A DNA stretch of 64,000 nt from Thermodesulfobacteriota bacterium (GTDB taxonomy: Bacteria > Desulfobacterota > Desulfobulbia > Desulfobulbales > SURF-16), in contig JBMONN010000022.1 of assembly GCA_049323935.1 (NCBI GenBank), positions 29,890 to 93,889 on the forward strand, read 5' to 3'. Under the pieces are notes generated by a model. It worked only from the letters and a program-made list of their open reading frames with translations. It ran no database searches and was not told the origin of the DNA. This document shows positions 10,868 through 19,879 of this stretch, piece after piece. A program made the translations under genes and the position numbers. The first letter of the stretch is position 1. Each line of letters starts with the position of its first letter.

Positions 10868-11632
10868 ATGAAGAAACCATTTTTCCTGATCATTCTGATA
10901 ACCCTGGCTTTATGTGGGACGCTGACAAAGCAGGCGGCAGCCGAGGTCACCGTCAATCTGGAACCTGCCGCCATCCAGATCGGTACCTTCTATAACGGAA
11001 CGACGGTGCATGTCAGCGGTATGATTCCGGCCCGGACCGAAGCGGTGGTGCGCGTCAGCGGTGAAGGCGAGGAGCTGCATCTGAAGAAAAAAGGGAAGGT
11101 CGGCGGCCTGCTGTGGATGAACACCGGCGATATCACCCTGGAAAACGCTCCCATGGTCTACCTGGTGTTCACGGCGACGAAGCTCAATGACATCGATCAC
11201 TCAGCGGCCAGGGATTTCGGCTTTGCCGCACTGCAGAACCGGATCGCGATAGAGCCCGGCTCCAAGGAAAATAATTTTCTGCTGCGCGAGTTTATCCGGT
11301 TCAAGGAACATGAAAGCCTTTATGCAGCTAAACCGGACAGTGTTACCTACGGCAGGGAAGAGAACGGCATGAAGAGCTATCAGGTGGATATGAGCATTCC
11401 GCCTGGCATGAAACAGGGAACCTACACGGTCGAGGTCGCGGCGGTGGGAGAGGGCGGCATCAACGCCATTGCCTCCACGCCACTGAATCTGAGCCAGGTC
11501 AGACTGCCGGCGCAGCTGTCGAATCTGGCATTTGGCCATAGTCTCTGGTATGGCGTCATGTCGGTCTTCATCGCGGTTATGGCCGGACTGGTCATGGGAA
11601 CCCTCTTCAAAGGCAAGGGGGGAGCGCACTGA
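10868..11632 (+). CDS. TIGR02186-like membrane-anchored protein
   Basis: Signal peptide, LKKKGKVGGLLWMN, C-terminal TM ending GGAH; usual downstream partner of this TauE subfamily. Confidence 0.8.
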   Translation: MKKPFFLIILITLALCGTLTKQAAAEVTVNLEPAAIQIGTFYNGTTVHVSGMIPARTEAVVRVSGEGEELHLKKKGKVGGLLWMNTGDITLENAPMVYLVFTATKLNDIDHSAARDFGFAALQNRIAIEPGSKENNFLLREFIRFKEHESLYAAKPDSVTYGREENGMKSYQVDMSIPPGMKQGTYTVEVAAVGEGGINAIASTPLNLSQVRLPAQLSNLAFGHSLWYGVMSVFIAVMAGLVMGTLFKGKGGAH

Positions 11633-11700
11633 TCCACAGGCGCCAATGCCGCGGTGGCATTGGCGGTGACAATAGCGTGGGCGGCAAGAATGGGTGAGAA

Positions 11701-14271
11701 ATGCCGATGAAAAAGGCTCTGGCAAAAATGCTGGGTATACTGGGGCGAACAGGCGGGGAAAGGGTCACCGTGCCCTTTCCCGTTCTGTTTGCCCGGTTTC
11801 AGGAGATTCTTGCCCTGAATAACCGGATCCTGGAGCTGATTGCCGGGGCCAATGATACCCTTGGCGGTGATTATGTCTTTGACCGGCATTACATTGACAC
11901 CACTTGCCAGCAGATCACGGAGCTGACACTCACCCTGACCCACAACCTCGATGCCATGGCACCGGGGAAATATCAAGACCTGCACAAAGCTTTTCACCGG
12001 ATCAAAAGCGACATTGATAGGGATCTGGCGGGCCGGCCCCATTGTCCGATCGTTGATTTAGTCCTGTCCTACCGGGAAATCGGACGTGACGCCGCCGAGA
12101 CCGTTGGCGGCAAGAATGCCAGTCTGGCGGAATTGCGCAACTTCCTCGATCTCCGCGTTCCCAGCGGGTTTGCCGTTACCGCCGCCTCCTATCATGCCTT
12201 TATGGAACAGAACGGGCTGCGGGAACAGATCGACGGACTGCTCAGCGCCTGGCGGCAAGACCGGCTCAGCCTTGCCGCAACCTCCGCCGCCATTCGCAAG
12301 GCCATTCTGGCAAGTCCGTTGCCGACGGTGGTGGAAAAGGCGATAACAGGAGCGGTGTCCCGGCTCAGGGAAGGCGGCGACAAACCTCTTTTTCTGGCTG
12401 TGCGCAGCAGCGGCTGGGGCGAGGATGGCGAACGCAGCTTCGCCGGCCAGTTTCACACCGCCCTGCAGGTTCCGGAAGAGCGGGTGGGGCATGCCTATCG
12501 TGAGGTGGTGGCCAGCGCCTTCCGGGAAAACGCCCTTGCCTACCGACGGGAAATCGGTTTTGACGAGGCGGAGTTTGTCATGGCGGTGGGCTGTCAGCGC
12601 ATGGTTGATGCGGTGGCGAGCGGTGTTGTCTATACCCTTGATCCAGGCAACGAACAGGCGGGCGCGATGATGATCGGCGCTACCTGGGGGCTCGGCGCTC
12701 CCTTGGTGGCCGGCCGGGCCGGTGCCGATCGCTTCCTGGTTGACCGGCGACCTCCTTATGCCATTCTGGCCGTGGAGCTGGTCCGCAAGGAAGCGGCGCT
12801 GATCCCGGCCGGCGGGAGGGGGGCGGTGATGATGGCGGTGGAGGATGAGCGCCAGACCGGTTCGAGTCTGACTGACGGCCAGATCAGGCAACTGGCTGAT
12901 GTCGGCAAGCTGATCGAGAATTACTTCAGAAAGCCCCAGGATATCGAATTTGCCTTTGATCAGGAGGGAGAGCTGATTATTCTCCAGGCCCGGCCGTTAG
13001 GGGTCAGAACGGCGACTGTCCCCCGGGCGGCCGAACTGTCCCGCCTGCTTGCCCGTTTTCCGGTGCTTTTGCGGAACCAGGGAGCGGTGGCCCAGAAAGG
13101 GATTGCCAGCGGCCCGGTCTACCTGCTCCGGGATGAGGAGAGGCTCGACGACTGTGCCGCCGGCGTCGTCCTGGTGGCACGCTTTGCCTCGCCCCTTCTT
13201 GCCAGGGTCATCGCCAGGGTCGGCGCCATTATCACCGACGTCGGTTCGACCACCGGCCATCTGGCCACAATTGCCAGGGAGTTCCGGGTTCCCTGCATCG
13301 TCAATACCGGCAATGCCACCGCCCTGCTGGCGGATGGCCAGGAGGTCACCGTCGATGCCGAGGAAAATATCGTCTACCAGGGCAGGATCGAAGAACTCCG
13401 TCTGTATGGCCTGACCGAGGAATTTATCGAGGAGACCGCCGAATACCGGCTTTTGCGGCGGGTGCTGAAACATATTGCCCCCCTCAATCTGCTCGAACCC
13501 TCAGCCGGTAACTTCAGACCGGCCGCCTGCCGTACCCTCCATGATATTGTTCGTTTCGTGCATGAAAAGGCGGTGGAGGAACTGATCGAACGAAATTATC
13601 TGCATACCCGCCACGATGCCGTCGCCACCGTCAGACTGCGGTGGAAGATTCCACTCGATCTGGTGCTGATCGATGTCGGCAACGGACTGCGGTCCGTTGG
13701 CTGGAATGATCTGGTGGGGCCGGAGGCAATCGTGTCGCTGCCGATGAAATTTTTACTCAAGGGACTGGCCCACCCGCGGGCCTGGGACAGTGAGCCGCTG
13801 TCGGTGGATCTAGGCAGTTTCATGGCCAGTCTAACCAGAACCTTTTCTCCCGAACTCTCCTCACCCCGGCAGGTGGGGATGAATCTGGCGGTCATTTCGG
13901 AAAATTACGCCAATGTCAGTCTGCGGCTTGGTTATCATTTCACCATGATCGACAGCTATGTATCGAAGAACATCAACGATAATTACGCCTATTTCCGTTT
14001 CTTCGGCGGCGTCACCGATGCCACCCGCCGCGCCCGCCGGGTTCGGCTGCTCGGCGAAATTCTCGGCCGCCATGATTTCCGGGTCGAGGTCCGCGGCGAC
14101 CTGGTGGTGGCCAGGGTGAAAAAGGTCGATCAAGACGGGATGGCGCGACGTCTGCTGCTGCTCGGCCAGCTGGTCGGGTTCACCCGGCAGCTCGATGTTC
14201 GTTTGATGACGGACCGACACATTGATGACTATATCGAAACATTCAATCAGCTTTACGAGGTGACCCCATGA
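11701..14271 (+). CDS. PEP-synthase/PPDK-like protein 1 (ATP-grasp + His swivel + uncharacterised C-terminal domain)
   Basis: VGGKNASL, AVRSS..ED..SFAGQF, QDIEFA..LQARP, GSTTGHLATIARE; no recognisable pyruvate-binding TIM barrel. Confidence 0.88.
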   Translation: MPMKKALAKMLGILGRTGGERVTVPFPVLFARFQEILALNNRILELIAGANDTLGGDYVFDRHYIDTTCQQITELTLTLTHNLDAMAPGKYQDLHKAFHRIKSDIDRDLAGRPHCPIVDLVLSYREIGRDAAETVGGKNASLAELRNFLDLRVPSGFAVTAASYHAFMEQNGLREQIDGLLSAWRQDRLSLAATSAAIRKAILASPLPTVVEKAITGAVSRLREGGDKPLFLAVRSSGWGEDGERSFAGQFHTALQVPEERVGHAYREVVASAFRENALAYRREIGFDEAEFVMAVGCQRMVDAVASGVVYTLDPGNEQAGAMMIGATWGLGAPLVAGRAGADRFLVDRRPPYAILAVELVRKEAALIPAGGRGAVMMAVEDERQTGSSLTDGQIRQLADVGKLIENYFRKPQDIEFAFDQEGELIILQARPLGVRTATVPRAAELSRLLARFPVLLRNQGAVAQKGIASGPVYLLRDEERLDDCAAGVVLVARFASPLLARVIARVGAIITDVGSTTGHLATIAREFRVPCIVNTGNATALLADGQEVTVDAEENIVYQGRIEELRLYGLTEEFIEETAEYRLLRRVLKHIAPLNLLEPSAGNFRPAACRTLHDIVRFVHEKAVEELIERNYLHTRHDAVATVRLRWKIPLDLVLIDVGNGLRSVGWNDLVGPEAIVSLPMKFLLKGLAHPRAWDSEPLSVDLGSFMASLTRTFSPELSSPRQVGMNLAVISENYANVSLRLGYHFTMIDSYVSKNINDNYAYFRFFGGVTDATRRARRVRLLGEILGRHDFRVEVRGDLVVARVKKVDQDGMARRLLLLGQLVGFTRQLDVRLMTDRHIDDYIETFNQLYEVTP

Positions 14272-14693
14272 ACGCCCAGCAGCGGACCAGTATCCTCATT
14301 CTTGATGACGAGCCCATTGTCAGCAAGCGACTCAAACCCTCCCTGCAGAAAAAGGGCTACGAGGTGGAGACGTTTACCAGCAGCATGGAGGCCCTCCAGC
14401 GGACCCGGCAACGTGATTTCGATATTGTCATTACCGATCTGAAAATGGAGGGGCTTGATGGCATGGAATTTCTAATCGAGGTCAAGAAAAAGGCGCCTGA
14501 CACCGTGGTAATTGTCATTACCGGTTTTGCCACCATGGAAACGGCCAGAAAATCCTTTCAGCAGGGGGTGTTCGATTTTCTCGCCAAACCCTTCAAGCTC
14601 GGCGAGATCAGTGAAGTCATCGCCAGAGCTGAATTGAAAATGAAAGCCGGCCGGCCGGCCGGATCGACGGCGGACGATGCCCTACATCCTTAA
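14268..14693 (+). CDS. Stand-alone receiver domain protein
   Basis: ILDDE, ITDLKM, ITGF, AKPF; ATGA overlap with the upstream gene. Confidence 0.92.
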   Translation: MNAQQRTSILILDDEPIVSKRLKPSLQKKGYEVETFTSSMEALQRTRQRDFDIVITDLKMEGLDGMEFLIEVKKKAPDTVVIVITGFATMETARKSFQQGVFDFLAKPFKLGEISEVIARAELKMKAGRPAGSTADDALHP

Positions 14694-14714
14694 CAACCAG
14701 AGAAGGTGGACGCA

Positions 14715-15515
14715 ATGATCAAAGGTCTTCTGGCCGTGGATGAAAATCTGGCATCGAGCATGGCCTTGCGCTTTGCCGCCCGGCTGACGGAAATTCTGCC
14801 GTTGCGGCTGCAGGCCGGTCATGTTGAACCGCTGCCGACGCAGCAGGAAATCGGATCGGACCGAGTGCGGCCTATTTGGAAAGAAGGGGTGGTCGATGCC
14901 GGTCACCAGGCGATACAACGGTTGTTTAATACGGAAAAGGTGAAGTGTCCCTTTCTCGGCCGGCCGAAGGTGTTTGTCGGTAATCGGGACGAGGTATTTC
15001 TCCGCGAGCTCGTCAACGGTGCTTATGACCTCTTTCTCGAAGGCTATCTCGACACCGGCAGCGCCCGGGATTTTCACCGGCTGATTACCTCGCCGCTCTA
15101 TGTTGAATCTCCCTGCCCCATTCTAATGGTAAAAAACCTGGTCGGTGGTCGGCATGTCGCCTTGCTCTGCCCGGATGAGGACATAGAGCAGCGGGCCGCC
15201 GTTTTCGCCGCCGTTCGCCGTTTGCTGGCCGGTGACGGATTTGATTTTGAATTTCTCTCGTATCGCTACGAGGAAAATCATTGCGCCGTCTTTCCTGAAC
15301 AAAGCGGAACGGACAGTGCTTTGTGCGGGGCTGTGTCCCTGATCGGCGCAGAGGGCAGATCGCCGGCACGGAGCCGGGTGATCTGCGGCCCCCCGGAAAA
15401 GGTTGCGGATTTACTGCAACAATACAAGCTGGTGGTTTGCCCCTTGCCGTACGCCAATGGGCCGCAACTGGAGCTTCTTGCCCATTGCCCTTCACCGGTT
15501 TTGTTCTGCCGCTGA
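14715..15515 (+). CDS. Tandem universal-stress-protein-like protein
   Basis: LLAVDEN N-terminus and two SPCPILMV / CPSPVLF-type domain ends. Confidence 0.6.
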   Translation: MIKGLLAVDENLASSMALRFAARLTEILPLRLQAGHVEPLPTQQEIGSDRVRPIWKEGVVDAGHQAIQRLFNTEKVKCPFLGRPKVFVGNRDEVFLRELVNGAYDLFLEGYLDTGSARDFHRLITSPLYVESPCPILMVKNLVGGRHVALLCPDEDIEQRAAVFAAVRRLLAGDGFDFEFLSYRYEENHCAVFPEQSGTDSALCGAVSLIGAEGRSPARSRVICGPPEKVADLLQQYKLVVCPLPYANGPQLELLAHCPSPVLFCR

Positions 15516-15639
15516 TGATGAAATCGCAAAAGTCTTTTTTTGCCACAAAGGTACTGAGAGCACAGAGAAAAAATATTGAATTGCAATTAGTTATCTCCGA
15601 GAGCTCTGTGGTTAAATTTTAGCTTTGGCGTAATTGTCA
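15516..15639 (+). repeat. Family-A element, copy 2
   Basis: TGATGAAATCGCAAAAGTC...CACAGAGAAAA...TTGCAATTAGTTA...CTCTGTGGT; begins right after a stop codon and ends at the next RBS. Confidence 0.85.
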
Positions 15640-15651
15640 AAGGAGAATGGT

Positions 15652-16527
15652 ATGAAAATTCTCGCGGTATGTGACGATCATCCTACCAGTGAACGGATCG
15701 TTGCCGAGCTGGCCCATATCGCCGCCAACACCTGGGCTGATGTCATCATGCTGGGGGTTCAGCAGCCCGGCAATGGCAATGAACCTGATCCCGCTCTGGC
15801 AAGCCGTTTGCTAAGATGCCGGGACAACTTCATTCGGTTTTTTCCCGCCACTGAGTCACCTTATGGCCCCTGTCGAATATCCGATGCCTTTGTGTCGTTT
15901 GGTCGGGGACGTTGGCTCCTTGCCCCTGCTGAAAGAAAGGGTGAGAGCAGGAAAAAACTCACGGTGCGGATTCGTGCCGGCAATCCTGTCAGAGAAATTC
16001 TCTCGGAAAGCCGTTTGCAGGAGGTTGATCTTATTATCCTTGGCTGTTCCCTGGCAGGTGACTGCCGGTGGCTGGGCGGTGATCTGCGCCGGAAAATAGC
16101 ATCCCGGGCCGGATGTGCCGTCCTCGTCATCAGGGATTTGGGACAACCACCCGGTTCCATCAGTTGTTTTGTCGGACAGGGTCCGGTCAGCCAGGCATCC
16201 CTGGAAATGATCAATCAGATCGCAACAGTACATCAGACCGATCTGTCCCTGGTCGGTTTGGTCGGTAACGAGCTATCCGCCGCCGGCGAGGAAAGGATCA
16301 CCCAGCGGATGGCCGGCATGCTGCGCTACTACGCGCAACGACGGATCCCCGCCTGGATCAGACTTGCGCTGCCGGAAAACGTGGAGGAAGATGTGCGGAG
16401 GGCCGGTCGCGACGGAATAATTGCCTTGTTGTTGGGGAAAAAATCGCTATTCGGTGGAATTTTCCCCGATGATCTTATCGGCCGGCTGGTCAGCGGCGGC
16501 CAACCGGCGGTGCTTATTCTCCGCTGA
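15652..16527 (+). CDS. Tandem universal-stress-protein-like protein
   Basis: MKILAVCD, GNPVREIL..DLIILG, AGCAVLVIR, final PAVLILR. Confidence 0.75.
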   Translation: MKILAVCDDHPTSERIVAELAHIAANTWADVIMLGVQQPGNGNEPDPALASRLLRCRDNFIRFFPATESPYGPCRISDAFVSFGRGRWLLAPAERKGESRKKLTVRIRAGNPVREILSESRLQEVDLIILGCSLAGDCRWLGGDLRRKIASRAGCAVLVIRDLGQPPGSISCFVGQGPVSQASLEMINQIATVHQTDLSLVGLVGNELSAAGEERITQRMAGMLRYYAQRRIPAWIRLALPENVEEDVRRAGRDGIIALLLGKKSLFGGIFPDDLIGRLVSGGQPAVLILR

Positions 16528-16610
16528 GGGGGGGCGAGGCAGGTCTTGACCATTTTCGCAAATTGGGGCAGAGTATTCCTGCCTCATATCGGCCACAGGG
16601 AGGAGATTTC

Positions 16611-17276
16611 GTGAGAGCAGCGGAAAAAGGCAAGATCTTTGCGATTGGTGACATCCACGGCTGCTATGCCAGGCTGTGCGATCTCCTTGACCGTCTTCCT
16701 TATGCCGCTGGCCGTGACCGTCTCGTCTTTCTCGGGGATTATATCAACCGCGGCGAAGAGTCGGCCCGGGTGCTCGATCTGCTCTGCCGGCTGCGCCAGC
16801 AGGATCCGGGCATGGTCGCCCTGTTCGGCAACCACGAGTATCTGCTGCTCGAATATCAGCGCAGCGGCGATCCGACCCTGCTTCCTTATCTGCGCACGAT
16901 GGGACTGGAGGCGACCCTGACCAGTTACCCTGGCGGGGCAGATGGCAATCTCCGTTCCCCGGATTTCCTCCCCCCCGATCATCAGGCCTTTCTGCACTCC
17001 CTCCTTCCCTACTGGGAAACCGACGGCTACATTTTCGTTCATGCCGGACTGGAGCCCGGTATCCCCCTGGCCGACAACGACCTCTCCTCCCTGTGCGAGG
17101 TGCGTGATGTCTTTTTCGAGACGGAATATGACTTCGGCAAAAAGGTGATTTTCGGTCATACCCCCTTTGAGTTGCCGTTCGTTACCCCAACGAGAATCGG
17201 CATCGATACCGGCGCCGTCTACGGCAATCTGCTCACCGCCATCGAGCTGCCGGGCGAAAATTTTTATCACGCCTGA
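16611..17276 (+). CDS. PPP-family metallophosphoesterase (Ser/Thr phosphatase-like)
   Basis: GDIHG, GDYINRG, GNHE, HAG, GHTP, IDTG; GTG start after AGGAG. Confidence 0.92.
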   Translation: MRAAEKGKIFAIGDIHGCYARLCDLLDRLPYAAGRDRLVFLGDYINRGEESARVLDLLCRLRQQDPGMVALFGNHEYLLLEYQRSGDPTLLPYLRTMGLEATLTSYPGGADGNLRSPDFLPPDHQAFLHSLLPYWETDGYIFVHAGLEPGIPLADNDLSSLCEVRDVFFETEYDFGKKVIFGHTPFELPFVTPTRIGIDTGAVYGNLLTAIELPGENFYHA

Positions 17277-19879
17277 GGCGCTGTCCTGATCTCTTGCCGC
17301 TGCAATTGTTCCAGCCGGTAATCCTCCTGGAGGAAGGCCTGTGCCACTCGGCTCACCAGCTCGTCGTCGGCCATGACCGCATCGAGCAGCCGCGAGAATC
17401 CGAGCAGGCGCCCGATTATGGTGAGTTTTTCTTCCAGCACCTCGGCCGCGCCGCCCTGAATGGCAGCGGTCAGCAGGTCGTCACGCAGATCGCAGTAGAA
17501 GCCGGAGACGCCGAGGATTTCGGCCAGGCAGCGGACCCGCCGGCTACGCTGGGCAAGGGAGGTGCCGCCGCCTTTGAAGCGGAATTTGATGTAGTTGAGC
17601 CGGGCGTCCAGGCCACAGATGGCATCGACCATGGTAAAGTGAAAATCCATCCGGGCATTGAGGTTGAGAAAGTCGCGGGTCACCAGGGCATAGTTGGGCA
17701 GGCCGACCGGCCGGGCCGACCGGTGATCGGTCAGGAAACGGGAGACCACCGAGCCGACCGCCACCCCGCCCGCCGGACCCCAGTTGATCTCCGGCGTCAT
17801 CACGCCCTGCCAGAGGGCGATGAAGGGTTGTGACAAGACCTGGGCCGGAGTGACCCGTTTGGCGGCGTCGGGCACCAGGCCGCCGCCCAGATCGATGAGG
17901 GAGACGAAAAAGGGGATCTCGCTGTCGAGGTGGACGATGGCGCCGCCGGCCTCTTCCACGGTTTCGTCTCCTGCGGCGAACATGGCGAGCACCGCCTTTT
18001 CATGAGCGTAGCGGACCATGTCGTGGATGGTGCGGCACTCGGCGATGGAAAAGGTAGGCCCGTAGGCATCCGTCAGGTTCAGCGGCACGATTCGGTCGTA
18101 GAGGGCGGCGGCCACCGGATCGCTCGGTCGGCTGGCGCGCTCCTGCCAGCTCGCGTTTTTTTGGCGGTGGCGTTGCAGATGCCGTTGCGTTTCCTCCGTG
18201 GTGGCGGCAAAGACCATGCCGCGGTCGCCGTCCACCAGGACCATGGTATCGCTTGGCAGGTCGGCGCTGCCCTGGCCGAGACCGGTCAGCATGGGAACTT
18301 CATATTCCCGTGCCACGCAGGAGAGATGATCGGCCGGATTGCCGAGATCGACCAGCAGGGCGGCGGTCTGGCGCAGCGCACCCACCGCCTCCACCAGACT
18401 CTGGTGCATGACCAGCACATAGGGCGGATCGGTCAGGTTGTCGAGATCTCGGCGGTTGGTGACCCGGCGGACCCGGCCGACGCCCCGGCCCGGCATGGCG
18501 GTCTGGCCGCCAGTCAACAGCGGCTTCCGCGCCGTGGGGTCCTGCGGTCCCACGCGACCAGCCATCACTTTGAGGGGGCGGGCCTGCAGCAGGACAATGC
18601 GTCCCTCGCTATTTACTGCCCATTCGATATCCTGGGTGGAGCCCAGCCTCTCCTCTACCGCCAGTCCCAGTTTGGCCAGGGTCATGATTTCCGCATCGGT
18701 CAGCACGGGCTGTCCTGCCTCGTCTCCGGCAAGCTGCTCCTCGATTACCCCACCGTCGGCGGCGGCAACCAGCCGGCGGCTTTTGGTCGCCACCATCTTT
18801 CCGCCCGGACCGGAGCCGTCGCGCCGCGGACGGTAGACATCGGCAGCCTCGCCGCCGCTCACGGCCAGTTCCCCCAGTCCGTGTACCGCGGTGATCAGCA
18901 TGGCGCCGCTGGCCGGGGCATTGGGATCCCGGGTGAAGAGAATGCCGGCCGAGCGGACATCCACCATCTCCACGCAGAGGATGGCCAGATCGAATTCGTG
19001 GGGGGGCAGACCGGCGTGATGGCGATAGGCGAGATTACGAAGCCCGAAAGCGCTCGCCACCACCTGTTTCACCGCCTCCTCCAGCTGGTGCTCATTGACG
19101 ACATTGAGCACGGAACGGTACTGGCCGGCAAAGGAATGAGCGACGCTGTCCTCACCCACCGCGCTGCTGCGTACCGCCAGCCCTTTGCCCTGCCGGAAAA
19201 AGGGGGCGGCGGCCCGACTCAGGGCCTCGCGCACTTTGTCGGCCAGCGGGGTGGCCATGATCTGCCGCTGCACCTCGTCAGCCGCGTCCTGCTCAGGCAG
19301 TCCGTCGCTTCTTTTCGCCCCGCTACGCAGTCTGGCGACAATGCGGAGATACAGTCCGTCCTGGTCGAGAAACTGTCGGCAAACGGAAACCGGTAGCACG
19401 AAGCCGGACGGCACGGCAAAGTGGGAAATGCGCCGCAGGCGGGCTAGATTGGCGGACTTGCCACCGACGTTGCGCAGCATGTCCGGGGTGATCTCGTCAA
19501 GGGAAATGCAGGAATGGCGCTGGTCATCGACAGGGAGCAGGGCCAGATCTTTTCTGATGGACGCGGCCAGATGAGCCTGGCGTAGGGTCAGGCCGGCGGA
19601 GTCACCGACGGTGAGGCGTTCAAGCTTGTGGACAAGATCCGCGCTGGTCGCCAGCAGCTCTTCCGTGCCGACGCGCAAAGTCCTGGACCAGAAGAAGGAG
19701 GAACGCAGGGCGGAAGCCAGTTCGGTGATGAGCTCGACGGCCCGGTGATTATCATCCAGCAGGGTGCGGAAGATCTGATAGCGGGAGCGCAGACGGTGAA
19801 GCTGGGCCTCCCGCCGTTCGTGGGTGTGGCGGCGCCAGCTGCCAAGGGGATGAAAAAGCCAGTCGCGCAGGCGGATCAT
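17267..19879 (-). CDS. PEP-synthase/PPDK-like protein 3
   Basis: VGGKSANL, AVRSSAVGED..SFAGQY, QDIEWA..LQARP, GNPADHLSCVARE; same C-terminal domain as protein 1. Confidence 0.88.
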   Translation of the reverse strand: MIRLRDWLFHPLGSWRRHTHERREAQLHRLRSRYQIFRTLLDDNHRAVELITELASALRSSFFWSRTLRVGTEELLATSADLVHKLERLTVGDSAGLTLRQAHLAASIRKDLALLPVDDQRHSCISLDEITPDMLRNVGGKSANLARLRRISHFAVPSGFVLPVSVCRQFLDQDGLYLRIVARLRSGAKRSDGLPEQDAADEVQRQIMATPLADKVREALSRAAAPFFRQGKGLAVRSSAVGEDSVAHSFAGQYRSVLNVVNEHQLEEAVKQVVASAFGLRNLAYRHHAGLPPHEFDLAILCVEMVDVRSAGILFTRDPNAPASGAMLITAVHGLGELAVSGGEAADVYRPRRDGSGPGGKMVATKSRRLVAAADGGVIEEQLAGDEAGQPVLTDAEIMTLAKLGLAVEERLGSTQDIEWAVNSEGRIVLLQARPLKVMAGRVGPQDPTARKPLLTGGQTAMPGRGVGRVRRVTNRRDLDNLTDPPYVLVMHQSLVEAVGALRQTAALLVDLGNPADHLSCVAREYEVPMLTGLGQGSADLPSDTMVLVDGDRGMVFAATTEETQRHLQRHRQKNASWQERASRPSDPVAAALYDRIVPLNLTDAYGPTFSIAECRTIHDMVRYAHEKAVLAMFAAGDETVEEAGGAIVHLDSEIPFFVSLIDLGGGLVPDAAKRVTPAQVLSQPFIALWQGVMTPEINWGPAGGVAVGSVVSRFLTDHRSARPVGLPNYALVTRDFLNLNARMDFHFTMVDAICGLDARLNYIKFRFKGGGTSLAQRSRRVRCLAEILGVSGFYCDLRDDLLTAAIQGGAAEVLEEKLTIIGRLLGFSRLLDAVMADDELVSRVAQAFLQEDYRLEQLQRQEIRTAPQA

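Noticed and set aside
11701-14271. Naming the three large paralogues ppsA or ppdK
   Set aside because: No pyruvate-binding barrel motifs are visible after the His domain, so no gene symbol was assigned.
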